Shown piece by piece: positions 25,849 to 38,169 of a stretch of DNA of 64,000 nucleotides (within the stretch, counting starts at the first letter, position 1; every line of letters begins with the position of its first letter). Position numbers and translations under genes: made by a program. Origin of the DNA: Podarcis cretensis (Eukaryota); contig OX638153.1 in NCBI GenBank assembly GCA_951804945.1, positions 20,770,001 to 20,834,000 on the forward strand, in the 5' to 3' direction. A model generated the notes under the pieces. The model ran no database searches. It saw nothing but the letters and a program-made list of their open reading frames with translations, and was not told where the DNA came from.

Positions 25849-26671
25849 TGAAATTCTTCCTCCCACACACAAATCTACACAAATACAGCAATGCCACTCC
25901 CGACATCCAGAGGGGGCGGGTTGCGGGCTCACGCCCCATTCACACCCTCGCGGGGCTGGCTGCAGCCCCGCGGGACCAAGGGAATCCCAGGATCAATAGT
26001 ATTCATTATTCACCACGCCAGCCAATCGGCTGGCGGTGGGGGCGGGACTAGTAAGGGGCATTTAAGGTCGGGGCAGCCCATACTCGCCCCTTTCTTTTCC
26101 TTTCAGCAGCTGCGGTTTCCCTCCCTCCCGCCCTTTAGGTTCTCATCTGGACTTTGCTATGGGCTTCGGCTGGTCGCCGCAAGGGGCCTGGTAGGAGTTT
26201 TTCCATTTGGCTAATCGGCTATATTTTGGAAGCCACTTGGTTTTTTCACCTACCTCGTAGCAAAACGTCACAACACCTTGGTTTTGGCGGTTAGGCATTG
26301 GCAGGGGTATTGTTATGCAAATGAGATGGGGGGGAGGAACGCCATCACCTCCCCCAAATGCTGAAGGGTAGTTCGTTAAAGGACTCCGGGGGGCGTTGCC
26401 TCATCCGAAACCTATGGAGGCTAGGGCCTAAAGCGCGCTCCCGAGCGGTAACCCCTTGGGGAGCACCTAGGGATGTGCATCTCGGGGGCTCCCCCTGTTG
26501 GTGCTTAACCCTTCCCGGTTATACCGGTTAATCTGATAGGGCCAATGCCTAAAGCCAATACCGCTCTTACCTGTAATCAATAAAGTTGTGGCCATTTTTC
26601 GCCCATTAACCTAAATTCGGTGTCCTGTGTCTTTATTCCATTCTGTGGGAGGGGGCGGGAATAGCCACGCA
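25849..26671 (+). mobile_element. solo LTR-like element (possibly Ngaro/DIRS class)
   Basis: CpG-rich 823-bp block with TG...CA ends; CCAAT, GC box, TTTAA, AATAAA plus GT-rich element; no TSD; class assignment is inference. Confidence 0.65.
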
Positions 26672-27084
26672 ATTGGGTATTGGAGGGTTTTTCAAGCTTA
26701 ATTGCTTAGCGAGGGTATGATCTTAATGGAGAGCACAGTCAGTAGGGAGTGAAGAGTTAATATTTCTCTCCATTGCTGTGGTCTCCATAAAGATACCGTC
26801 CCCCTGCAGGGCAGTTAAACTTTTTCAAAACACTTCCATTGTCACCATTGGTAACTTCTTTAAAAAACCAACCTAACTCCTGGATTGAGGTCAGATAAGG
26901 AGGGGAGACCCCACAGGTTGCATTCAGCCCATGGGGTGGAGGTTTCCCCTCCTTGGTGTAGACACTTTGATTACTCTGGCGCTGTTGCCACTGCTAAACG
27001 TTTGGGTCCATTTGTGCATGTGAAGCATCTCAACAAAGTATTTGTATTAATCAATATAACATTCCCTTATGTGTCTTCCTGAAG

Positions 27085-27184
27085 GTACAATCTGATGCTT
27101 CGCTGCTGGAAACAAGAACCAGATAAGAGGCCGACATTTGCTGAGATCAGCAAAGAATTAGAGAAAATGATGGTAAAGAGTAGG
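27085..27184 (+). CDS. RET: RET exon 18
   Basis: gaag|[33 protein letters not shown]|gtaagt; 100 bp. Confidence 0.97.
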
Positions 27185-29685
27185 GTAAGTGCCTTTCAGG
27201 CTTTATCACTGTGCATGAAGGAAAGTTGGAAAGATTTTCCAGTGCAAGGATTTACATACCAGTAATTGGTAAGACATGGTCCATTTTTCACCATTCATCT
27301 TTGAAAAGAATGAGATCAAATAAGAGTGCAAACAGGGGATATTTGAAATTGGAAAGCCCTGCCTAATGAGAGGAGGTTAATGGTTCAGAGGAAGGGATGC
27401 AATTGCATACCACAAAAAGCTTTTTCTGTTAGCTGATTACATTTTTTATATACACCAACAAACCTTAATGTGCGAAAAGGCACTTATATTCACTTGGTAT
27501 TAAACCTTTATGTTCCTTTTGACCCTAGACACCACTCACTTACCTGTTTGCAGCAACATATGATTGCAACAAACAGGTGTTTTGAGAACACATGCTGCAT
27601 TCACCAGAGACAAGATTACCTGTGCCCCCCTCTTAAATGGCCATTTATGTGCTCATAAGTGATGGGTCTGTTTCACATATTATCATGGAAGGAAAATTCT
27701 ACAACAGTTTTCTTTGTCTAGTTGTAAAAGATAAATAAATAAATAAATAAACGAGTAGCTGAAGATCAAACTCCTGTAAAGAAGTAATTGGCTTATACCA
27801 GCATTCAGGTTTCAAGTCACTTGTTTTTCTAAGTGATGTACCCTCATCTGAACAAAGTGTTGGAAGTTTATGGGCTGCGTTAAGGTACCCTTCCCCCCAG
27901 TTCCTCAGAAAGCTTTGGTGCCTTTAAAACTGTTTCTTCTGGCAGCTGCTGCTCACAGCCAGCTCCAGTTCTTTACAAGGCCCTGTGATCTCTGCCCTCG
28001 CCCCCCAGTCAGAAGAGCTGATGTGGGTGGGCTTTGGCTCAATGGTACTCCTTGACAAACAGAACTAACTGTGAGCAGCAGCTGCTGGAGAAGCGTTTTT
28101 CAAGCCACAGAAGCCCCATTAGAAGCTTGGAATTTGACCAAGGAAGAAGAGGGGCAGATTCCGGCCCAAGCTCATTTCCTTCTAGTTGAAGGGGAGAGGT
28201 GGAAAACTGCATTTGCATGTGAGAAACCTGTGCTGAATTATACCAACCTCATTGACGGCCCCCTCAGATTAGATATATACTTTTATGAAATATATGTTAG
28301 TTATTGCTGATCACTGCCCAAAAGTTTTCCTTTAAGGCTCTAGGCATTTGGGGATGTATCATCCTGCAGCCCTAGCTTCACTTAGCTGAGGAAATCGGGC
28401 TGTCATTCATTCATGTAAAACCAAAATACCTGTTTCTCATTAAGTAGAGAACAACAGATCATTTAAGTGTAGATAGATGAAAAATGTCAAAATCCAGAGG
28501 TAGGTTAGTGCAGCAGAGAAAAAGTAGGTTTTGTTAGGTTTGTATTTTGTTTTGTTTTTTTACTGGAATCCCCAAAGTGGCTCACCAAATTAATCAAAAA
28601 TTCTGTTCTGTGAAAAACATTTTTTAAACAAAGGTCTGGATAAAACACAAACTTTCTTCTTAAAAGGGTAATATAAAAGGCCAAGCACAGCCAGGCTCGG
28701 TTACTTGATTTCTAGGAGTCCTTTTAAAGTCATTTCCAAAATGGCAATTTATTCAAAATGGCATCGAAAAACAAGTTTAGGAGGACACACCCCTCTTGCC
28801 AGCTTGGAGTAGCTTCATCTAGTCCATATGTGCTTTATCCAAGTATTTGCTAAATGAACCTTCCCCTCCCCAAATCCAAACTCTACAGGACTGGCAAAGT
28901 GTAAGTATCTCCCCACTCCTTGGCAAGTAAACTAATCAAAACTCTGCACGATGGTAAGATGCTGGGCTTGAGAAAAATTGCTCAGGTAAGCTTGTGCTAA
29001 TAGGTACTAGCATTTACATGGAAAAAAACATGGCCAGAGGAAAAGGTCCGGCAGGTTGCTGTGTATGATGGACAGAGGTACCCATAAAATAGACCCTGCT
29101 GGCTTCCCAAACTGGAGTTTCAAGCTTTTTAAGATAAAGAATCTAGAATGTCGGGCTGACCAAACCTTAACTATCAGGACATCTGGTTCATCATGCTCTG
29201 CAGCAACAAATAGCTATTTGCATACTTGGTAAGTGTAGTTAATGTGTCCATTAAATGCCTCTCAGAACAGTTTATAGTTATAAATACACACACACTACTC
29301 CAAGACGCAGTTTTCCAGGAAGGGCAATACTATGCTATGAGTAGGGAGTTGGACCTAACAATGCACAGTCCAGATATTCATAAGGAATAATGGGATTTTA
29401 AGAAATCCAAATGATTCAAAAAGCAAAGCTTCACAATGCAAAGAAGTCCATTCCAGAGTGATCAACTCACAAGTAATGTTTGTGATTTTTTCAATGAAAG
29501 GGAAAAGGTGGACAAGGTGCTTGGATCGGTCAGGAAAACCACTTGTGCTGTGGACCCTTGCCCCTTGCTAGCAGGGAGGGGACAGCTGACTGAGCCAGGG
29601 AGATGATTAATGTCTTCTTGCAAGAGGGAGTGGTCCCTGCCCGCTTGAAGGGGGCACTGGTAAAACCGCTTCTCACTGGCTGCCA

Positions 29686-30179
29686 ATGCAAAGTGTTGAT
29701 TTTACCTATAAAGCCTTAAACTGTTCAGGACCTCAGTACTTCAAAGGCCACCTCTCCCCACATGAACCATAGAATCATAGAATCATAGAGTTGGAAGAGA
29801 CCACAAGGGCCATCGAGTCCAACCCCCTGCCAAGCAGACCCTGACCCTGCAATTATCACCAGAGGCCCTTCTTTGCATGCCTCCACAAGAGGTCCAGAGG
29901 GTGGCAACATGAGAATGGGTTTTTTTCTGTGGGGGTTCCCCGTTTGTAGAATGCTCCCCCTAGAGATGCTTGCCTGGCTCCTTTGTTACGTATTGTTAGG
30001 TGCCAAGAAAAAACATTCCTCTTCTCCCGGGCCTTTGGCTGATTCAACAAACTATAGCTTTGAAACTGGGGTGGGGGGTATTGTTTTTGTTTGTTAGAAT
30101 GTTATATATTTTGTGATTTTATATTGTATACCGCCCTGTGATCCTCAGATGAAAGGTAGTATACAAATTTTATAAATAA

Positions 30180-30219
<40 letters not shown>

Positions 30220-30227
30220 GTGACGAT
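29686..30227 (+). mobile_element. L2-like LINE 3' fragment with (GAT)n tail and an embedded CR1-tail fragment
   Basis: Degenerate KVLxxTYKALN coding; reverse-complement match to 38170-39000; (GAT)n at 30180-30218. Confidence 0.75.
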
Positions 30228-30961
30228 AAAGTATTCCTCTCCCCCAAATATGGTAGTCAGGTAGACCTTGTCTCATGAAGCCATCTGATGGAGCAGACCA
30301 AAAGTCCGATTTCAACAGTGGCTAAGTGCATTCCTTCTGGAAGCTTATAAGCATTTAATGAAGGCAACAATCTTCTTTTGTGGTCCTATTCTAAATAATT
30401 ACTATTAGAACTTTACTGTATCACTACACCACCTCACCTAGCAACTTATGTCCAGCTGTGGCTGTTTCTGAAATTTCACAGAAAAGGGGGGGCATTACCC
30501 TTTCTAGGGGGCTGGAATCTTCCTGATTCCAGCAGTAACCCTTCCCAATGTACCAGATTCATCAAATAAATCCATTGCTTCTGAAATGGTTCCCGATTGC
30601 TCAGAGGAGCTTCTGTGCCATGCTGATAATCATACTCGGAACGCTTCTGCTATCCTGGAAGAGGCACAACATTTTCCAAGTCTGCCTGCCAGACTCACTA
30701 TGTTAACTTGCTGGCAAAGGACATCGCTCATGGGGAGCCGTAATTGAGCATATGTCTAAAGAAGCATGTCTAGTGTTACTCCAAACAAATGTGTTGCCAA
30801 GGATACCATTCTTGCAGAAAGCAGGTTGGTGATGATCTCATCCATACTGATCCTTTAGAGTGTTCAGTTTAAATGGTGAGAAATGTGGATAGAAATGGTA
30901 GCCAGAGCTGCACTCTCAACCAAACCTAATCCCTCCTCTCTCTTTTCTTAAATCTGTTTAG

Positions 30962-31141
<180 letters not shown>

Positions 31142-31393
31142 CAACACACACACCCAAAGTGATTTTCTTCTGCACTGTCCTCACACTCTCTGTAATATCC
31201 TTTAGAGCGTTATTTGTCTGAATGAAATCAGTCAAAATTTGCTTGGCAAGTCTTTCTTTTCCTTTCATTTGTCACTGTCAAAACTCTGCATTAGGTTCTT
31301 ACTTTAGCCGGTTCTGCAGCTGTTTAATTTTTTAATTTTTTTTTAAAGAAAAAGGATGTGAAAACGTGCAACTTTACTAAATATATATTGTAT

Positions 31394-31399
31394 AATAAA
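31394..31399 (+). terminator. candidate RET9 polyadenylation signal
   Basis: AATAAA ~250 nt after the RET9 stop, in AT-rich sequence. Confidence 0.4.
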
Positions 31400-32966
31400 G
31401 AAAAAAACTAATTCCTAGATCAGGGAAGTACTCTCAGGGGAAGTTTAAAAAAATGTTAGCAGATATTCAATTAAAACTATACTTTTCGGTATCCATGGAA
31501 TTGAGAGCACTTCAAGTGCATCATTTAATATGGCATCTCTAATTTTAGGTAACTTTTTTTTTTTTTTTACTACTTGAAGATTTTTATTCCCCCCTTCCCC
31601 TCACATTTCACTGTTAAGAGTCCATTGCATAATACTTCCTGTTTTTATTCTGATGGATTCCTGAATTTCAACTGTTGCCTGTATATTTTAAGTTCCCAGT
31701 CAGCCATGGCTGCTTACTAAGTAGTGGAATTTAGGGTGGGGGCAGAGAAGGGAAGTCTAAAAGAGGCAGCTTACAATGCAGAGAAGTCAGAGTAAAGCAA
31801 GTACAGCTGTGTATTTCATTGGAAGCTGAATTGGTGAGGACCACATGAAAGCAACCTCTTCTGTTTTCACATGCTTTTGGTTTCTCATGAAAATGTCAAC
31901 ATCTAAGCCATGTTTTGAATGTTGTCGCAAGTGTCTTAAAAGGAATGTGCTTTAATATTGTGGTGGTGAGATGGACAGTAAAGATGGTTCTTGCCAAAAC
32001 TCCTACATTTTTTTGTCTTGTAATTAAATGCTCTACATGCCATTTAATGCTTTCAAATTGCTATAATTCAAGCCATGTGGCTTTCCCCCTTTGCCCATTT
32101 TTTTATTTGTCAGCATTGAGGTACTGATTTGGAGCCTAATATTGGAGCCCCCATTCTTCAATTCATAGTTAGACTCTTTAATTAATGGGCATGTTTTTAA
32201 GATGGCTTATGTACCAGGCTAATCTTTCCAAAGTCAATGAGTTATTTGAATGCCCGTTGAATAGTCTAGAGTAGAACCATAGTTGTTATATTCAGGTTCC
32301 AAAAGAAATACTTGGAGATTTATTTGTGTCTTAGACTTCAAGGCATCCTTGCAAGGAGTAGTCCTGCCCCACCCCCCAAACGAAACAGAAACAATTAGGT
32401 GATTCAGGAAGAAGAGCGAGAATCAAATCTGACATTCATGAGACATTCACTGGCCCCGTGGAAGCTGTTCCAGGGCCCATTCAAAATATATATGCTTATG
32501 TACATACATCCTATTGACTTCAATGGGATGAATGTTTTTAGGAGTGAAACATGCATGCTAAGTATTTAAACTTGTCAGAATGGAAGACTATGTAGGCTTG
32601 CTACTGCTTTGAGCACTTTATTTACCACAGGAATACTCCATTGCAATAACCAGTCTGCTGTATTCCCATGAAGATACAACATTGTGAGATCCAAAGACCT
32701 ATCAGGAGCTTGTACTGGGGATATATATCAGGAGAGCACTTTATTTTTCATTGTTTTGGCCTTCACTGCAACCTGTGCTTCAGTGCCTTTCAAACACAGT
32801 TATCTGTTTGGTTTTTTTTGTGTTTTCTTTTCTTCTTTTTGTGGTGGTGGGGATATTTTGTAATTTGGCTTGCAATTGTTTAAGGGAGTTTTGCCAAGGG
32901 CCTTACTGTCTGCACATGAAGTTTTGGTTCTTCAGTGCAGAAAAAATTATCTGTTTTCATTTTTAG

Positions 32967-33124
32967 GCATGTCATATCCGAACTGGCCTGAGGAGAGCCC
33001 CGTTCCACTCACAAGATGCGATGGCCCTAAGTCTGTGTTTTCAAGATATGCAAATGATAGTGTATATGCTAACTGGATGGTTTCACCCTCAGCGGCAAAA
33101 TTTATGGACAAGTTTGATAGTTAA
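32967..33124 (+). CDS. RET: RET exon 20, RET51-specific tail (Y1090, Y1096)
   Basis: tttag|[55 protein letters not shown]. Confidence 0.96.
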
Positions 33125-35047
33125 CAGTTTCTTGGTAAAAAAAAAAAAAAAAGGTAATGGACTCAGGAGGGGAGCAAATGTCCAAAGAACGGCCTTCCCT
33201 TTGGCTCATTCTTTGCATAGTAACAACTGGTTGAAGCTACAGGAACATCTAGAATGGGAAATGTTCCTCTTACTTTTGGGTAGTACCTAAAGTGTCTTCT
33301 CTCTCGTGTGATGAATACTATAATTGACTCCCTGCCCCCTTTTAAAGTTGTATCAAACTGGGTCACATGATAGTTTCAATTCCTCCGTTGGTTTTTGCCA
33401 TTCTCCAAGCAGTCCATTTTGGTAGCTGTGTTTTTAACGCAGTAGGACCTTCCTACTTAACAATGTTCAGGGCAAAGACCCAGTTCTGGAATGGATATGA
33501 AGAGGGTGGGGGCAGGGGAGGAACACTGTTGTTTCACTATATAAACTGCTATCTCTATGGTCATTGCTAAGAAAAAGCAAACTGATCCAAGCATGAAGCA
33601 CAAATTATATGATGGGAACAATTTTCTCTTTAAAAAAATTCCTGAGTTTGCTGTAGCATTACGTGTTACCATGTTGTTGGCAGTAACAAATCCTGAGTTA
33701 ATGGGGTTTTGGGACCAAGACATTGAACGATTCTAGTCAGTGCTGAGATTCAACTTTTCAAGTCTTGGAACCCTATAGAAATATATTGTTCCATCTTAAT
33801 GGGAAAAAGAGGTTTTTGTTGAAAAATCAGGGTTAAACTATTCTTAACTTTAGCACAATGGAAAGTTTTTGATATCAGATATACTTTAATAGACTTGACC
33901 CACAGAGTGCCCACCTGACACAACTTTTTTCTTTACATCCATTTTACTGATGTCTCAGAATCTGCTCAGGATGTTTTGAAATGAGCTGAAGCCAAGGAAC
34001 CTGGTTAGCAGTCATGCCCAGAGGGTTTTTGTCCTTTTGGCTCAAAACTCTCTTAATTTCTGCAACCCAATTGCACAACCATATGGGACAATGCAGACAC
34101 AGCACTGGTTCCCTGTTAAGAATGGTTGATACACTGGGAATCAGGCTTAGAATTGTGTGCAGCCTCCTTCCCCCTTAATTGCATTTACATGGTTTGGATC
34201 ACCAATGTTCACCATGGTTAATGTTAAACAGGGTTCCCCATATCCTATGATTTGAATCCCTCTTCAAACTTCTTTCAGACCATGGTAAAAATGGGAATCC
34301 TGGTTAGCCAGAGTTAACGTTGGTGGTGACAAACTGGTTGTGGTGAAGGAGAAACAGCCTGCAAAAGAAAGCACACCTTCCCAAGGCCAGTTCTTTGTTT
34401 TTAACAGGTAACAGGGACCTCCTCTTGCATTAACCCCTGGAGAACTTTTTATTTACACACTTATTTTCTTGTGAATCATGTGCAGACAAAACTTTTTATT
34501 CAGTGTAGTCTTTACTCTTTTTTTCCTTTTTCTTTCTTTTTTTCTGTCCATATGGCTAATATGTCTAAGGGTTTGGGTTTTGTTTTTTTGAGAGTAAAGC
34601 TAATAATTGATGTGATGTTTTAACTTTAGTGTGGTGTTCTGGAAGATAATCTGACTCCTGCAGAGGTTAGATAAAATGATTGATACACACAGCATTATGT
34701 TACTGTATTTTGTTATGAAGTTACAATGTTAAGGAAGGGGAATGCTGGAATGTTAACTCAATGTGTTTATCCTTTTTGGATACTCTTGCATAATCAAAAA
34801 ATTATACCAAAGTGTTGCTTCTGTCTCTTGGGTTTCAGCTATGTAGTTCTGTGTGTCTCTTTTACATGTCCCATATTCCAGAAATCAATGAGTCAGATTG
34901 CCAAAAACTGTAACCACTCTTTTAATGCAAGAGGTCTGAACACCTCAACAGGATAACATTGTTTGAAAGTAAGCCTGTTCTCAGACAAAGGGACAGGTTA
35001 AAGTTATTGTTCTGTAAACTAACTACTACGCTAGACACTGTGTTTAC

Positions 35048-35123
35048 AATAAAAGATAACTGCCTACAGAGATGTGAAACAGCCCTGATTATACTGTAAC
35101 AAGCAATCATCTCAAATAATAAA
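35048..35123 (+). terminator. candidate RET51 polyadenylation signals
   Basis: Two AATAAA (35048, 35118) ~2 kb after the stop, followed by GT/T-rich sequence; recognisable repeats resume at 35.47 kb. Confidence 0.55.
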
Positions 35124-35472
35124 AATGTAAATGTCATAGGCTTGCTACTTCATTGTTGTTGGGAGGAATTATTTGTAAGGATTCATACCCACAGTGGGTA
35201 CTGCTGGTGTGTGTCAACACCTAACCCAAGTTGAAGGAAGGAAGGACAGATAGCAAACCAATATATGAGCTTTATAAAAAACCTTTTGGATCTAAGCTTG
35301 ACCACACTTCTGACCAACAAAGAGAGCACTTCCTCCTGCTAAATACAGATCACCTTTGCTTTCCTCCTACTCTGCTTTTGCTGCATCCTGTTCTTGAATA
35401 CCAAAGAGCTGGATCTGAACTGTACCATCTGTATCTGCCTTTCTTACTAGAATTAAGGAGAAATCATATACA

Positions 35473-35830
35473 TGCGTGGTGCTGTGGTCTAAACCACTGA
35501 GCCTCTTGGGCTTGCTGATCGGAAGGTCGGGGGTTCGAATCCCTGCAACAGGGTGCGCTCCTGTTGCTCGGTCCCTGCTCCTGCCAACCTAGCAGTTCGA
35601 AAGCACGTCAAAGTGCAAATAGATAAATAGGTACCACTCCGGTGGGAAGGTAGACGGCATTTCCGTGCACTGCTCTGGTTTTGCCAGAAGTGGCTTAGTC
35701 ATGCTGGCCACATGACCCGGAAAAACTGTCTGCGGACAAACGTTGGCTCCCTCGGCCAGTAAAGCGAGATGAGCACCGCAACCCCAGAGTCGTTCATGAC
35801 TGGACTTAACTGTCAGGGGTCCTTTACATT
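35473..35830 (+). mobile_element. Sauria SINE
   Basis: Near full-length match to the 14294 copy. Confidence 0.9.
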
Positions 35831-35934
35831 TTCCTTTTAATGCTCACCTTTTTTGGCCAAATTACGTTGTGAAAATTAAGGTGCACATTAGATTTGAGTA
35901 AATACAGTATATTCCCTGGGAATAGTCACAACTA

Positions 35935-36103
35935 CCGTATTTTTTGCACCATAACACTCACTTTTTTCCTCCTAAAAAGTAAGGGGAAATGTCTGTGTGT
36001 GTTATGGAGGGAATGCCTACGGGTGGCATGCCTACGGATTTTCCTCCTCTAAAAACTACGTGCGTGTTATGGTCTGGTGCGTGTTATAGAGCGAAAAATA
36101 CGG
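35935..36103. mobile_element. short Tc1/mariner MITE
   Basis: TA|ccgtattttt...aaaaatacgg|TA; ends shared with the 54760-55794 element. Confidence 0.85.
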
Positions 36104-36489
36104 TATCTGATTTTCCATGAGTTGAATATTCCCAGTCATAGCAGTTTCCGAAAGGACTACTTGATCCTCATTTTGCAACAATTACAGCATGTGGATAATA
36201 CCCAGTTTTTCTATTCCAGTATTTTATGGTATGAATGGCTGTCCTATATTCTTGAAGTAAGCAAAGCACTGAATCTGATACATCTTATAGTCTGTAGTTA
36301 ATCTTTTAGAGGACAGAAGGTATTCCATATCATTTGCTATTCATTTTTTGGTCCTTATGCAGCCACTAACCACTCCATTTTGCTCCCCGAGACAAAGATG
36401 CACTCCACTCCACTCCATGTACAGAAGCAAATTAGCATGGCAATTAAATCTTTCTTCATTACTGGTGATGGGACACCATCCTCCCCCAT

Positions 36490-36857
36490 TGAAGATGGGT
36501 ATGTTTAGCCTGGAAAAGAGGAATGGGAGGAGATCTGATAGCCATCTTCAAATAACTAAAGGGCTGTGACATGGAAGATTGAAGCAAGCTTGTTTTCTCC
36601 TCCTCTGGAGGGTAGGACTTAAACAAATGGCTTCAAGTTACAAGAAAGGAGATTCTGGCTAAACATCAGGAAGAACTTTGTGGCAGCTGTTCAACAGTGG
36701 AGTGGTCTCCCTCAGGAGGTTGGACTGTCTTTCCTTGGAGGTTTTTAAGCAGAGGTTGGATGGTGTCTGTCATGGATGCTTTTGCAGAGATTCCTGCATA
36801 GAAGATGACCCTTGAGTTTCCTTTGAACTCTACAATTCTGAACTCTACAATTCTGTG
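36490..36857 (+). mobile_element. CR1 LINE 3' fragment
   Basis: GMFSLEKR...DLIAIFK-like ORF2 C-terminus, ttggaggtttttaagcagaggttgga, repeated ctctacaattct tail. Confidence 0.85.
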
Positions 36858-38169
36858 AATTCTTTGCAGAAGAACCAACAAAGACAAACTCCATGAGGGT
36901 AGGTATATATTCCATATTACAAGCAGAGCTACCCTTGCTACCTCCATACAGTTCAAATGAATCAGAGCAACTGGATTCATGTAGAAGAATGAATGAATGT
37001 GCAGCTACTTTGGCTTACTTCAGCAATGGCCCAAAGTAGCAAACAGCATTTATAAGCAAAATATTACAGAAAATGCTCTTTTCTCAGACACTCAACCCCC
37101 AATAACCAAGGTCCTTTGCACTCCATCTGAAGCAAATTTCAGCTCTGTTGGGGGAGTACCTTGACCAAGGATTATATACAATGATGAGCTCATAATCTAA
37201 TTGTAGGTGTTGTTGCAGATTCGCTTTCATATGTGCTTCGCTAAAGCATGACTTGGTGACCTCATTTTGTCACAAATGCGGCAGTTCTTTCAAGCGGACA
37301 AATCACTATTGTGGAACCTTGTATTTCCTAGCACAACAGCTGAAGTAATGCTTAAACACTGATGGTGTTATTTTGGTTACTTCCTCCTGACACTCAAAAA
37401 TATGTTTATAATAATGGCACTCTTTCTGCACGTTCATTTTAAAATCAGGCACTCCACATATTCTTTTTCATAGCCATGCATATTAGCTGTTTTTGTTAAA
37501 TCTATTTTTGGCCCTAGATGTTAACTGTAGGAATGGAAGAAGGGGACGTAGATGTGGATTCAGAACAGGGAATGTATTAACCATTCACAGTAAAGCAGCT
37601 AAGGATTCTTTCTGAGCGGAGAATATTTCTGCAGACTCCTCTTTTCTTAAACCTTTTCAAATGAGCCAGTTAAATTAAAAAATGGCATATTGCATATATG
37701 GGCTGTAATCCAGAAATGATTGTCAGTTCTGGAAACCAGAGCTATGCACATATATGCTGTTCTGTATTTGACAATAGGAAAGCCTAATTCACATTTATGA
37801 TACTCTGTCATGGCGGCCACCTGGCCAGGTGACATGTGGGAAGGAGCAAAGTGTATATGAACCTTTAAAAAATAATAATCTAGAGAAGGCAATAGAAGAC
37901 CACTGTGGGATTGGCTGAAAGGTGGAAAGGGTGTGGTCCAGAAAAACAGCCATGCTGTGGAGGTAAAAGGGGGAAGCAGCAGAAAAAGAGAGACTGCAGG
38001 CTAAAGAAATAGGCCCATGCTTTCAGTAGTTAGGTATGTGGAAGAAAAGCACTTAAACTGGGGTAAGTCAGCAATTACCTACATCAGTGCTTCACAAATA
38101 TGACTGCTTTTTAACATAAAAAAAAAAAAATCCATGGACCTGTCCTATGCTAATTTTTGTAATTTTATA

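Noticed and set aside
33125-35500. Possible RET43-type terminal exon
   Set aside because: No matching peptide or convincing acceptor seen; that isoform is reported for primates
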